A program made the translations under genes and the position numbers. Of a stretch of 57,338 bases of DNA, positions 47,699 through 57,270 are shown one piece after another. The DNA is from an uncultured Thermoplasmatales archaeon. GTDB lineage: Archaea; Thermoplasmatota; Thermoplasmata; Thermoplasmatales; GCA-001856825. The stretch spans positions 1-57,338 of the forward strand of contig CAZIOW010000003.1 of NCBI GenBank assembly GCA_964541025.1, read 5' to 3'. The first letter of the stretch is position 1. Every line of letters starts with the position of its first letter. The notes under the pieces are model-generated. The model saw nothing but the letters and a program-made list of their open reading frames with translations. It ran no database searches and had not been told where the DNA came from.

Positions 47699-49676
47699 AG
47701 TCAGTAAAATTCTCCTTCTTTTCATATAAATACTCAAAATACGATAGATTGCCCATTCCCTTTGAATTCATGTAATTATTTATGTATGACCAGTTCACAG
47801 TGAATAGATAGCTGGAAATATTCTGAGTTAGTGAAGAATTCTCATACAGCAGGCCGAACGGCTGAATGAAGAATTTCCCGAATGTAGTTCTGTTGAGATA
47901 TATGGGTGGCTGATCTGGATTATTGGAGCCGTTGTAGCCCCAAACCCCATACTGGATCATATATGTGGAAATGAGAACGTATCCCACAGGCATATAACTG
48001 CCATTTTCTCCGGCTATTTGCCATATTGCCTGTGTCCAGTTTGTGGAGTTCCAGAAAATGGACAGATTGTTGAAAGGAGAGGTGAAGCCATAGGATTTCA
48101 GCAGAATTCCAATTTGATGATCTGTGGCTACTGAAAGCGATCTGTTCCCCGTTGCATTGAGATATTGAATAACGGCCTCGTCCTCAAATGTCAAGGCCTC
48201 TGTATGGGAAGGAATAAAGTCAGAAGTTATAGGATAGCTGAAAACACCCATTAACAGGACAACTGATACTATGACTATGAGTATAACATTCTCAACTGCA
48301 ACAGACTTCTTTATTGAATAACTCTTCCCGGAAGAATGGATTACCTGTTTTCTGACAAAGAAGAATGATCTTCCCTTAGAATCTATAATTGGAGAGGGAA
48401 GGAGCCTGACCTTATCATTTGCGTAATTTTCTGAAAATATATTTTGAGTCCCTTTATCCTTGTAATGGTAATACCATTTATTCACCACATATGCAGAAAT
48501 TATTGAAAAGGGTCCTGCAAGGTATTCGAAATGCCTTGCCGGTAGCAGGACGGTATTCTTTGAAATTATGCTGTAGAGCAGGGACCCTATAATTGCCATG
48601 GACCAGCCAAAGACCTCAGAAATATTTCTCTCCGTCAGGAAATATTTCAATCCTACAACGGAAACCGCCAGAAAGAGAATGAATGGCAGGGAAATTGCAA
48701 CTGCGCTGAGGGTTATATATTTTGGAACATAACCGACTGCCATGAATAATAGAAGTACCAGTACTATCGATACCGTTGCAAATGCAGTTAAGTAAATATC
48801 TCTTCTAGGATCTATATTCAGCCTCAGGAGAACAAGGAAATGATCGACCCTCTTCTTGAAAGCATCGCTGTCCCATTTCTGAAGTATTGCGAATAGTATT
48901 ATGGAAAACGCATAGAACAGGGCTAAAACACCACCGTATCCAAGACCAAGAAGTGCCTTGGAGAAGAAATGCACCATAGATGGTATCCTGAGAAGAAGAT
49001 ATGATATCATCGCGGTTCCAGTGAATTCAATCATCAGGAAATCATAGAGAATATAATCTTTCCATTTATTGCTCAAAAGATTCACCGATATTACCATACC
49101 TATGATTGATATCAGAAAGAAATACGTGGAAAGCTGATGGCTCAGTATAAGAAGGATTATGGATGCAATTAGAGGTATGGCATACTTAAGATTTTTATGG
49201 AATTTAAGGAAAAAGAGTATGCTGAGGAGGAGGAAGAAATGTCCAGTTGTGAGATAGTTGGCCTGGGAAGTCTGGTAAACCTGCACGGGATTCACGGCAA
49301 GGAGGAAACCTGCCAATGCTGATATGTTCCTGCTGAATCCCAGTTCCCTTGAAATGAGGTATAGCAGAAATGGTGTCAATCCTCCAAGAATCGGTATTGA
49401 ATAGCTGAGTGAGACATTCAATGGAATATTCAGAAGATAATGAACACCTATGACAATAACATAAGTTACAGGAAAATACTGGTAACCATCATTTCCCCAC
49501 GGAGAATTAGGAGGATATAGCAATGATTTTCCCGTGAGGAAAGACTGGCTGAGGTAATAGTATATACCGTAATCATTGCCCCAGGCATAATACAGAATAT
49601 TCGGGATGAGGCGTATGGTCACCCCTGATGCAATTATAGCAAGAGCAATGATTATCTCTAAATTCCTCCCCTTCAT
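47511..49676 (-). CDS. polytopic GT-C-like membrane protein (putative glycosyltransferase) with a sequon-rich extracytoplasmic C-terminal domain
   Basis: 721-aa ORF. It has about 12 N-terminal TM helices with an acidic first loop ('WGNDYGIYYY'), a further TM helix, then a ~230-aa domain with many N-X-S/T sites. No WWDYG motif. The last ~62 codons are antisense to the preceding gene. Confidence 0.55.
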   Translation of the reverse strand: MKGRNLEIIIALAIIASGVTIRLIPNILYYAWGNDYGIYYYLSQSFLTGKSLLYPPNSPWGNDGYQYFPVTYVIVIGVHYLLNIPLNVSLSYSIPILGGLTPFLLYLISRELGFSRNISALAGFLLAVNPVQVYQTSQANYLTTGHFFLLLSILFFLKFHKNLKYAIPLIASIILLILSHQLSTYFFLISIIGMVISVNLLSNKWKDYILYDFLMIEFTGTAMISYLLLRIPSMVHFFSKALLGLGYGGVLALFYAFSIILFAILQKWDSDAFKKRVDHFLVLLRLNIDPRRDIYLTAFATVSIVLVLLLFMAVGYVPKYITLSAVAISLPFILFLAVSVVGLKYFLTERNISEVFGWSMAIIGSLLYSIISKNTVLLPARHFEYLAGPFSIISAYVVNKWYYHYKDKGTQNIFSENYANDKVRLLPSPIIDSKGRSFFFVRKQVIHSSGKSYSIKKSVAVENVILIVIVSVVLLMGVFSYPITSDFIPSHTEALTFEDEAVIQYLNATGNRSLSVATDHQIGILLKSYGFTSPFNNLSIFWNSTNWTQAIWQIAGENGSYMPVGYVLISTYMIQYGVWGYNGSNNPDQPPIYLNRTTFGKFFIQPFGLLYENSSLTQNISSYLFTVNWSYINNYMNSKGMGNLSYFEYLYEKKENFTDSIQPSPISLISGQQKGYSPSLFPPSLCFPFPSHQLPCLLPPGLLPPGLQQLQSSQPQRSPLS

Positions 49677-49805
49677 ATTTTATACAATAATCATCCTATT
49701 ATATTTTCAATTTTTGGTGCATTCTTTTAATCCTGCTCAAGGAAGGAATAAAGATATATTAAGGAATACATTATTTGAAAAGAATAATGGAGATGATTTG
49801 CCTCA

Positions 49806-50612
49806 ATGAAGATCGGTTTCGTATCCAGACCTGAGTGTCCAAGATGCATAGACGTTATTTCCTCACTTAGAGATTATTTGATAAAAGAGGGGAATGACAT
49901 TGTTCTGGAGAAATCAACAGCTGATGAAATGAAGCTTGATGGCCAGAATATAGAGGATCTGGATGCAGAAATAATTATCACGGTTGGAGGAGACGGGACA
50001 GCCCTGTGGACCCTCAATAGGGTGAAGGCAGCAATTCTACCCATAAATCTAGGTAGTTTGGGATTTCTTTCAGAGGTTAATCCAAACAACGCACTCCAGG
50101 CCCTCAGCAGGCTAATGAGGGGGGAGTTCAAGATAGAGGAGAGGGCAAGGATAAAGACTGTTCTCAATTCAAGGAGGATGGCCGATTCAGTGAATGAGGT
50201 GGTTATAAAAACAATCAAAACCTCCAAGATAAGGTGGTTCGGCATATACCTTGACAACGATTTCATTCATAACATCAGGGCGGATGGCATTATAATAGCA
50301 ACACCCACAGGATCAACCTCATATTCACTTAGCGTTGGAGGTCCAATTCTGGATCCAAGGGTCAAGGGCCTCATAATTTCCCACATAGCCCCGTTCAGCC
50401 TCAATGTCAGAAGCATAGTGGTCCCATCTGAATCCACAATCAGGGTTAAAATACTTGATAAGAACAAGAATCTCGAAATGAGCATGGATGGGCAGGAGGC
50501 AATCGAAGTGGGCTATCACGATGAGATTACATTTACGGAAAGCGAGAGGCCTGCCAGATTTGTCAGGTTCAGCTCAGATTTTTATAAAAATATGAGAGAA
50601 AAGATGCCATGA
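49806..50612 (+). CDS. nadK: NAD kinase
   Basis: 268-aa ORF with 'ITVGGDGTALW' and 'IIATPTGSTSYSLSVGGPILDP'. Confidence 0.92.
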   Translation: MKIGFVSRPECPRCIDVISSLRDYLIKEGNDIVLEKSTADEMKLDGQNIEDLDAEIIITVGGDGTALWTLNRVKAAILPINLGSLGFLSEVNPNNALQALSRLMRGEFKIEERARIKTVLNSRRMADSVNEVVIKTIKTSKIRWFGIYLDNDFIHNIRADGIIIATPTGSTSYSLSVGGPILDPRVKGLIISHIAPFSLNVRSIVVPSESTIRVKILDKNKNLEMSMDGQEAIEVGYHDEITFTESERPARFVRFSSDFYKNMREKMP

Positions 50613-50971
50613 AGATAAGAAGGGGAGTCGTGGAACTGATTATGGAAAGCAGCAAGAGTTCGCTTCCAAACGAATTCGCTGCAATTCTCAAGGCAAAGAG
50701 AGGAGTGATTTACGAAATTGCACTTCTCCCTGGGACAATATCGGGGGAAACAAGCGCAATAATGCAGATATTTCTCAGGCCTATAGATCTGAATTATGTT
50801 GGCACGGTGCATTCCCATCCTTCAGGTCTGATTTATCCAAGCGATGAGGACAAAAGTTTGTTCTCAAAGTTCGGTCAAATTCATATAATAGTCGGTTATC
50901 CATTCAAAATTGATTCATGGAGGGCCTTCAACAATGAGGGTGTCGAAGTCGAACTGGAGATGATTGAATGA
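50609..50971 (+). CDS. JAMM/MPN+ metalloprotease-domain protein
   Basis: 120-aa ORF with an upstream Glu ('NEFAAIL') and the JAMM motif 'HSHPSGLIYPSDED' (H-x-H-x7-S-x2-D). ATGA overlaps on both sides. Confidence 0.85.
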   Translation: MKIRRGVVELIMESSKSSLPNEFAAILKAKRGVIYEIALLPGTISGETSAIMQIFLRPIDLNYVGTVHSHPSGLIYPSDEDKSLFSKFGQIHIIVGYPFKIDSWRAFNNEGVEVELEMIE

Positions 50972-51600
50972 TCAGGATAACAGACGGGAAGTATATCAGG
51001 AATATTTACGGTGTTCCAGTGGTTGCTGATATTTTCAGGGCTACAACAAACATAGTTGTAATGTTCATGAGAGGTGCGGAGGAAGTGATACCTGTTAAGA
51101 GCTATGAGGATGCATTCTCCCTGAAGAAAGAGGGGTACCTGATATTCGGGGAGGAGAATACCGAAAAGATAGAGGGATTTGACTTTGGCAACTCCCCCTC
51201 TGAAACATTCTCTCTGGATCTTGAAGGCAGGAAGACAGCAATAAAGACAACAAATGGAAGCGATGCCATAATCAAGGCAGGTGAAGGTGCACTCATAGGT
51301 TCATTTCTCAATATAGATGCCCTTGCAAGGTACCTCAGGAATAAGGAAGTGCATATTTTTCCAGCTAACATAAAGGGGGGGAAAGCAACGGAGGACAATG
51401 AATTCGCCTATGCCCTCTCCAAACTAATACTGGAACCTGGAGCGGATATAAGCGTTAACATAGAGATGTCCAGAAAGGGAAATGGTGCAGAGAGGCTCAA
51501 AAATCATAAAATGGAAAATGACATAGAATTCTCCCTGCAGAGAGGAATTACGGATATCATACCAGTGTATACAAAAGGCAGGATTGTGAAAATGCAGTGA
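50968..51600 (+). CDS. 2-phosphosulfolactate phosphatase (ComB) family protein
   Basis: 210-aa ORF with 'VVADIFRATTN' and 'GEEN...GFDFGNSP', typical of the ComB family. Confidence 0.75.
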   Translation: MIRITDGKYIRNIYGVPVVADIFRATTNIVVMFMRGAEEVIPVKSYEDAFSLKKEGYLIFGEENTEKIEGFDFGNSPSETFSLDLEGRKTAIKTTNGSDAIIKAGEGALIGSFLNIDALARYLRNKEVHIFPANIKGGKATEDNEFAYALSKLILEPGADISVNIEMSRKGNGAERLKNHKMENDIEFSLQRGITDIIPVYTKGRIVKMQ

Positions 51601-52842
51601 TCATTTTCCTTTTATTCCCATGAATATGAAGAGGCCTATAGCACTGACAGTTGAAGCTATTATGAAGTTTATATCATAACCAGCTTTGCTCACTATGATT
51701 CCTGTGGCTATGGAACCCACTACCACCCCGAAACTCTGAACAGCGTTGTAAGTTCCTGAAACCCTCCCCCTTTCCTCAGGCTTAGATAGATTGGACACAA
51801 GGGTAGCAGTTCCTACTGATATGAATGACCAGAGGGCGCCTAAAACTGAATATACAAGCAAGAGCATTATGAAAAGGAGGGGCCTGGACTGTATCAGGGA
51901 TATGATAAGTATGACAGATGGGAATATGAATATCCTTGCCATTACGGAGATGAACGTCATCCTCTTGTTCCCGAACTTTGCATTGAGGCCGCCAGAGAAA
52001 TTGAACGTTATTGCAGCAAAGATGTAATTTCCAAGGTATATGAGAAAGAATACTGTATTGTTTACACCGAGGTCTTTCAAAAGTATTGGATAGGCAACAA
52101 AGAAAAGCTGGAATCCTGTCATCATTATGAAAAATCCTATCAGTATTTTCTTCAGATCAGCATCGAGTTCTCTGAAATGAAGGTTGAAATGTAGTATCTG
52201 GGAAGGGAAATATCTTATCTTCTCTATGACACGGAATGTCCTGAGGTCAATGTCATCCCTCTTCACAGTACTCTTCGGCTCAGGTATCAGTACGTAGCTC
52301 ATAATCGCTGAAATAACATAGAAAAGAAATGCAGCTATGTAGAGATACCTCAAAGTTTGCATATTATAGCTGTATCCAGTGAAAAGGGCAGCGAATATCA
52401 CACCAACAATCTGTCCATAAGATGAGTACTGGGAGAATTTTGAAATTTTGTAAACCCAGTCCTTCCTGTCCGTCAGTTCCATTATAAGAACAGAGGCGAT
52501 CGGTGATGCTGCGCTTCCGAAGAGTCCAGATAGAAATGATATTGAAATGAAGTAGAGAACGCTGAATGAAAATGATAGCAGGAGACTTGTTATGGCAAGG
52601 GAGATGAATCCAAGGATGACGAATATTTTCCTTTTGCCGAGCCTGTCTGATAGGTAGCCCCAAAGGAACAGGCCTATTATTGTGGCCACGGATGAAAATA
52701 TTGTGAACAGGGAATAATCAACAACCCCACCCCCAAGTATCTCTGTTATGAATAGAGGGGCCAGTGGGGATGACAACCCACCCGCTGTGTTGACAGGAAA
52801 GTATGAAAAGAACCACCTGTCACCCTTGGTGCTGATTTGCAT
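51601..52842 (-). CDS. MFS transporter
   Basis: 413-aa ORF with about 12 TM helices in a 6+6 arrangement and a loop 2-3 motif 'GYLSDRLGKRK'. Confidence 0.85.
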   Translation of the reverse strand: MQISTKGDRWFFSYFPVNTAGGLSSPLAPLFITEILGGGVVDYSLFTIFSSVATIIGLFLWGYLSDRLGKRKIFVILGFISLAITSLLLSFSFSVLYFISISFLSGLFGSAASPIASVLIMELTDRKDWVYKISKFSQYSSYGQIVGVIFAALFTGYSYNMQTLRYLYIAAFLFYVISAIMSYVLIPEPKSTVKRDDIDLRTFRVIEKIRYFPSQILHFNLHFRELDADLKKILIGFFIMMTGFQLFFVAYPILLKDLGVNNTVFFLIYLGNYIFAAITFNFSGGLNAKFGNKRMTFISVMARIFIFPSVILIISLIQSRPLLFIMLLLVYSVLGALWSFISVGTATLVSNLSKPEERGRVSGTYNAVQSFGVVVGSIATGIIVSKAGYDINFIIASTVSAIGLFIFMGIKGK

Positions 52843-52865
52843 TTTCAGGACATTAAAAACTCATA

Positions 52866-54062
52866 TTAGTAATTTCTAATCAGGTCGACGAACACCTCAG
52901 CGTCCCCGAATATATTGGAAATCTTGGCGTATTCATTTGGCATGTGTTCCACTTCGTCCAGCGTTCCCCAGACTATTGTATCATAGCCCATTCTCCTGAA
53001 GAAGGCCCCGCAGGTTCCACCGCCTATTCCAATGCTCTTCACATCAAGACCCCTGAGCTTTTTAACAGAATTGATGAATTTATCAACGAAATCCTTGCTC
53101 TCCTTGCTGTTGAATGACGGGTCATCCTTCTGTATGGGTTCAAGTATCACCTCAACTCCAAACTCCTTCCTGAACTCATCAACTATTTTGTTTATCTCGT
53201 TGAAAACATCATCCGTCCTGTATTCAGGAATTATCCTCATGTCAAAGTAGAAAGATTCCTTTCCAGGGATTATGTTTATGGATGTTGTTCCCGATTCAAC
53301 CTTCGTCGGTTCAAATGTGCTGTATGGAGGATTGAATAAAGAATCGTTATGATTGAAATTCCTGTGAAGAATTGCATCCATTCTTCCCTCGAGCACCCTT
53401 GCAAGTCTGTGAGCATTCTTACCCTTTTCTGGCGTTGAACCGTGGCACTGCTGTCCAATGACTGTCGTCTTCAACCAGAATATCCCCTTCTCTGCGACTT
53501 CAACCATCGATCCATCGGGAGTACCAAAATCAGGCACTATGAACTTGTCACCTGCATTGAATTTCCTCTTCTCGAGAACATATCTAATCCCATATTTGCT
53601 TCCGGCTTCCTCATCTGAAACAAGTATTATACCAACATTTGTCTTCATTTCAGATCTGTGGTCTATGAAATATTTCAGGACAATCAGGGAAGAGAGAAGC
53701 CCCTGTCCATTGTCGCATGTCCCCCTCCCATATATTTTATCTCCCTCTATAGTGGCCTTGAATGGAGGATATTTCCAGAGGTTCAGATCGCCCTCGCTGA
53801 CTGTATCCATATGCGCAACAAACCATACTGTCATAGCCTTTCCAGCATTCAGTTGAAAAAGAAGGTTTGGTCTTCTTAGCCCGTCAGATGATGCAACATA
53901 TTCTTCAAATTTCAGGTCTCCGGACCATTTCAGTATTTCTTCTTTTAAGAAATTTGCCCTTTCCTCCTCTCCCTTACCACCGCCAGATGGATTCACTGCA
54001 TTTATCTCAATCATCCTGGAAAAAAGGTTCAGCATCTCTTTTTTGTATTCATCAAACATCAT
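52866..54062 (-). CDS. M20 family metallopeptidase (ArgE/DapE-like deacylase)
   Basis: 398-aa ORF with 'FVAHMDTV', 'RGTCDNGQG' and 'VSDEEAGS' metal-ligand motifs. Confidence 0.85.
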   Translation of the reverse strand: MMFDEYKKEMLNLFSRMIEINAVNPSGGGKGEEERANFLKEEILKWSGDLKFEEYVASSDGLRRPNLLFQLNAGKAMTVWFVAHMDTVSEGDLNLWKYPPFKATIEGDKIYGRGTCDNGQGLLSSLIVLKYFIDHRSEMKTNVGIILVSDEEAGSKYGIRYVLEKRKFNAGDKFIVPDFGTPDGSMVEVAEKGIFWLKTTVIGQQCHGSTPEKGKNAHRLARVLEGRMDAILHRNFNHNDSLFNPPYSTFEPTKVESGTTSINIIPGKESFYFDMRIIPEYRTDDVFNEINKIVDEFRKEFGVEVILEPIQKDDPSFNSKESKDFVDKFINSVKKLRGLDVKSIGIGGGTCGAFFRRMGYDTIVWGTLDEVEHMPNEYAKISNIFGDAEVFVDLIRNY

Positions 54063-54834
54063 TATCTTCGCACAATGATCTCCAGTTTATTAAATCTAAC
54101 GACCTTTCATTATCCACATAATAACCTGCAACAATGTTGGCGCATTCGCATGCATCCAGCATATCCTTCCCCCTGAAAAGAGAAGCATATAATCCAGCCC
54201 TGAATGCATCACCAGCCCCCACTGTGCTCTTCTCAGATTTTATCCTGCTATTCACCATTTTTCCGTTGAAAGAGCATCCCTCTTTTCCCAGTGTAACTAT
54301 TAGCTCTTTCCCAACGGGGATTAGGTTACTTGCAAATTCATACTCCTTCTTGTTCAGTATTATGAGATCACTCTTCTTAATCGCCTTTTCAAGATCCTCC
54401 CTTTTCCAGCGGTAAGAAATCTCCTGGCCTGGATCAAAGACCTTTACGCCTGAGCATTTATCCATCAGATTGAGAATCCACTGTGGATTGGAGGTTGCGA
54501 AATGGCAGTATTCGCTTTTTATCTCATATGAATTTCCAGGCGAATTCATGGGTCCTTGGAACATGAAAGCTATCTGTTCATCCTTTGAATCTACGATGTA
54601 GCATACTGGGCCTTCCTCATCACTGATTTCAAGTTTCAAATTAATATTAGGGTGGTGTAGTGGAGACAATATATCATCTGGGAATTTTTTTGAAATTCTG
54701 GAGAGGAGTGTGAGAGGTAACCCTAATCTTGAAGCAACCAGGGCTATATTGGCTCCAGTTCCTCCCAATTGAATTTTTAAATTCCTGACTTCTGTGCTTC
54801 CAAATTTAGGGATATTATCTATCCCAATTATCAC
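54052..54834 (-). CDS. PfkB/ribokinase-family carbohydrate kinase. The conserved N-terminus appears to extend upstream to about 54879.
   Basis: 260 aa from GTG 54834, with 'GGTGANIA' and C-terminal 'GAGDAFRAGL'. The 16 in-frame codons upstream encode 'GISKDFLTVVGHINQD', which looks like the family's first beta-strand. Confidence 0.8.
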   Translation of the reverse strand: MIIGIDNIPKFGSTEVRNLKIQLGGTGANIALVASRLGLPLTLLSRISKKFPDDILSPLHHPNINLKLEISDEEGPVCYIVDSKDEQIAFMFQGPMNSPGNSYEIKSEYCHFATSNPQWILNLMDKCSGVKVFDPGQEISYRWKREDLEKAIKKSDLIILNKKEYEFASNLIPVGKELIVTLGKEGCSFNGKMVNSRIKSEKSTVGAGDAFRAGLYASLFRGKDMLDACECANIVAGYYVDNERSLDLINWRSLCEDNDV

Positions 54835-54882
54835 GTCCTGGTTGATGTGTCCGACAACAGTGAGGAAATCCTTTGAGATCCC

Positions 54883-55890
54883 TTACCACCCTCTTCCCTG
54901 TATCTTCTCGCTTTCGTCCATCTTCTCGACGTTCCTGCCCTTCATGCCTCCAAGTCCTTTTGATACTTCGACTAGTATCTCCGGATCGTCCCATGCGGCT
55001 GTTGCCTGGACAACTGAACTTGCCATTTTCTTTGGATCCTGACTCTTGAATATCCCGCTTCCGACGAATATGCCGTCAACACCATGTTCCATCATAAGTA
55101 CTGCATCCGCAGGACTGGCCACACCTCCTGCAGCAAAATTTACCACTGGAAGTCTTCCCGCACTCTTTATCTCTTTTAGGACATCGTACATTCCCTTCTT
55201 GATCTCCCCGTAGGTGAAATTGGCAAATATAACATCCTCATCTGATATTACTGCCTTTCCGTGGAGCATCTCCCTTGTCTGTGTTATAAGATTCTCGTAG
55301 CTTTTAGCAATATGTACGGCCATATCCCATATCTCATTGTCATCAGACATCTTGACCTCTGCTATGCCCTGATTCATCATTCTCACGTGTCTCACTGCCT
55401 CAATTATATCTCCTGTCCCTGCTTCACCCTTAGTCCTGATCATGGCAGCGCCTTCCCATATTCTTCTCACAGCCTCTCCGAGATTCCTGGCACCGCACAC
55501 AAATGGAATCTTTATCTCTCTTTTGTTCACATGGAAGAAAGGATCTGCAGGAGTGAGAACCTCTGATTCATCGATCATATCAACTCCCAGTGCTTCCAGG
55601 GCCTTTGCCTCGGCCAGATGCCCTATCCTGACCTTTGCCATCACCGGTATTGTGACAGCATCCATTATCTCCTTGATTTTCAGCGGATCTGCCATCCTTG
55701 CAACTCCCCCTTCAGCTCTGATATCAGCAGGCACCCTCTCAAGGGCCATAACTGAAATTGCCCCTGCTTCTTCCGCTATCTTCGCCTGTTCCGCTGTTGT
55801 AACATCCATAATGACACCCCCTTTCGTCATCTTGGCAAATCCCTTTTTCAGGAGGTCAGTACCGTATTTTACATTCAATTCGTATGACAT
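54883..55890 (-). CDS. pdxS: pyridoxal 5'-phosphate synthase, synthase subunit PdxS
   Basis: 335-aa ORF with 'GGVIMDV...[29 protein letters not shown]' and '[13 protein letters not shown]'. Confidence 0.95.
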   Translation of the reverse strand: MSYELNVKYGTDLLKKGFAKMTKGGVIMDVTTAEQAKIAEEAGAISVMALERVPADIRAEGGVARMADPLKIKEIMDAVTIPVMAKVRIGHLAEAKALEALGVDMIDESEVLTPADPFFHVNKREIKIPFVCGARNLGEAVRRIWEGAAMIRTKGEAGTGDIIEAVRHVRMMNQGIAEVKMSDDNEIWDMAVHIAKSYENLITQTREMLHGKAVISDEDVIFANFTYGEIKKGMYDVLKEIKSAGRLPVVNFAAGGVASPADAVLMMEHGVDGIFVGSGIFKSQDPKKMASSVVQATAAWDDPEILVEVSKGLGGMKGRNVEKMDESEKIQGRGW

Positions 55891-55969
55891 AGGGGAACAT
55901 TACAATCTTAGAAATATATATTTCCAAAGTATATAGGCAACTTTTTTTTATGTGTTTTTATAGGGAATC

Positions 55970-56857
55970 ATGAAATTGCTGAGGAAGGGCAAGGTCAAGG
56001 AAGTTTATGACAATGGAGAAAATCTCCTGTTTGTATTCACGAACCAGATATCAGTTTTCGATAAAATAATTCCATCACTTGTTCCTGACAAGGGTGCCTC
56101 TCTAGCGAGAACGTCAGCATACTGGTTTTCCCTTGCAGAGAGAATGGGAATAAAGAATCATTTCATTTCACTGGAAGGGGGAAACAGAATGATAGTGAAA
56201 AAGTTCAAAATAATTGAAGGGAAAGTAAGCTCCAATGAAAGAAATTATCTTATCCCACTGGAATTTGTGATGAGATATTATGTCGCGGGTTCCCTAAATG
56301 ACAGGATAGAAAAGGGGAAGATTGATTACAGGAATATAGGATTCAAAAATAAGCCAAGATATGGAGAAAAGCTTCCTGTGCCTGTCTTTGAAATGACCAC
56401 CAAATTTGAAAAGACAGACAGACTTCTTGATGAGGTGGAGGCAATGGAAATCGCTGGAATATCAAGACATGATATTGAAAATATAAGGGAAATGATATTG
56501 AAAATGGATGATAAAATAAATTCTGAGGTATCAAAGAGGGGGCTCATACACGCTGACGGTAAAAAGGAATTTGCACTGGATAATGAAAGAAATCCTGTGA
56601 TAGTTGATACTTTCGGGACAGCGGATGAGGACAGATTCTGGGAAAGAGATGAATATGAGAATGGAAATATAGTGGAAAAGAGCAAGGAATCTGTCAGGCA
56701 GTATTACAGGGCAATAGGATATTACGATGATCTGATGAAGGCAAGATCCTCAGGAATCACTGAACCTCCCATCCCAGCACTTCCTGAGAAAATGATAGAG
56801 GAAACATCTTCACTTTACAGGTCACTTTATGAGAGGATAACTGGTATGAAATGGTAA
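55970..56857 (+). CDS. purC: phosphoribosylaminoimidazole-succinocarboxamide (SAICAR) synthase
   Basis: 295-aa ORF with 'GKVKEVY', 'TNQISVFD' and 'LIPLEFVMRYY..GS'. Confidence 0.85.
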   Translation: MKLLRKGKVKEVYDNGENLLFVFTNQISVFDKIIPSLVPDKGASLARTSAYWFSLAERMGIKNHFISLEGGNRMIVKKFKIIEGKVSSNERNYLIPLEFVMRYYVAGSLNDRIEKGKIDYRNIGFKNKPRYGEKLPVPVFEMTTKFEKTDRLLDEVEAMEIAGISRHDIENIREMILKMDDKINSEVSKRGLIHADGKKEFALDNERNPVIVDTFGTADEDRFWERDEYENGNIVEKSKESVRQYYRAIGYYDDLMKARSSGITEPPIPALPEKMIEETSSLYRSLYERITGMKW

Positions 56858-56865
56858 TGGATATC

Positions 56866-56874
56866 AATATATAG
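56866..56874 (+). promoter_or_regulatory. putative TATA box for tRNA-Leu
   Basis: 'AATATATAG' is centred about 27 nt upstream of the tRNA 5' end. Confidence 0.35.
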
Positions 56875-56896
56875 TATGTTTTTTTCACATGTCAGA

Positions 56897-56981
56897 GCGG
56901 AGGTTGCCGAGCCAGGTCAAAGGTGCCAGATTGAGGGTCTGGTTCCGTAGGGATCCGAGGGTTCAAATCCCTCCCTCCGCA
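56897..56981 (+). tRNA. tRNA-Leu (anticodon GAG)
   Basis: Manual fold. Acceptor GCGGAGG/CCTCCGC plus A. Anticodon stem CCAGA/TCTGG. Loop TTGAGGG. Long variable arm. T-arm GAGGG-TTCAAAT-CCCTC. Length 85 nt. Confidence 0.9.
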
Positions 56982-57270
56982 TATTCCTTTTTGGTTAAAT
57001 GCGTATCATAATCTTAAAGCCTTAAACTCTTGGAGTTTGCTCTAAACTTGACAAATGACTTGAACTTAATGTTTCTTTCCTTCTTTCGTCAATCTTTTCA
57101 CAAGAAACCCCTCTGGAAAGTTTCACCCGTATTCGCGGAAACAAACCATACCGTGCCTCGGACAACATAACAGAGGACGGCAGTCGCATATTTATTTTCC
57201 GCCATTCTAATGAGCGGTCTCAATTCGCTTGAAAATCTTCTGGAATCCATTTCCATTTTTCTAGTGTATT

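Noticed and set aside
55442-55936. 164-aa plus-strand ORF
   Set aside because: It is antisense to the highly conserved pdxS gene. No motifs were found, so it is a shadow ORF.
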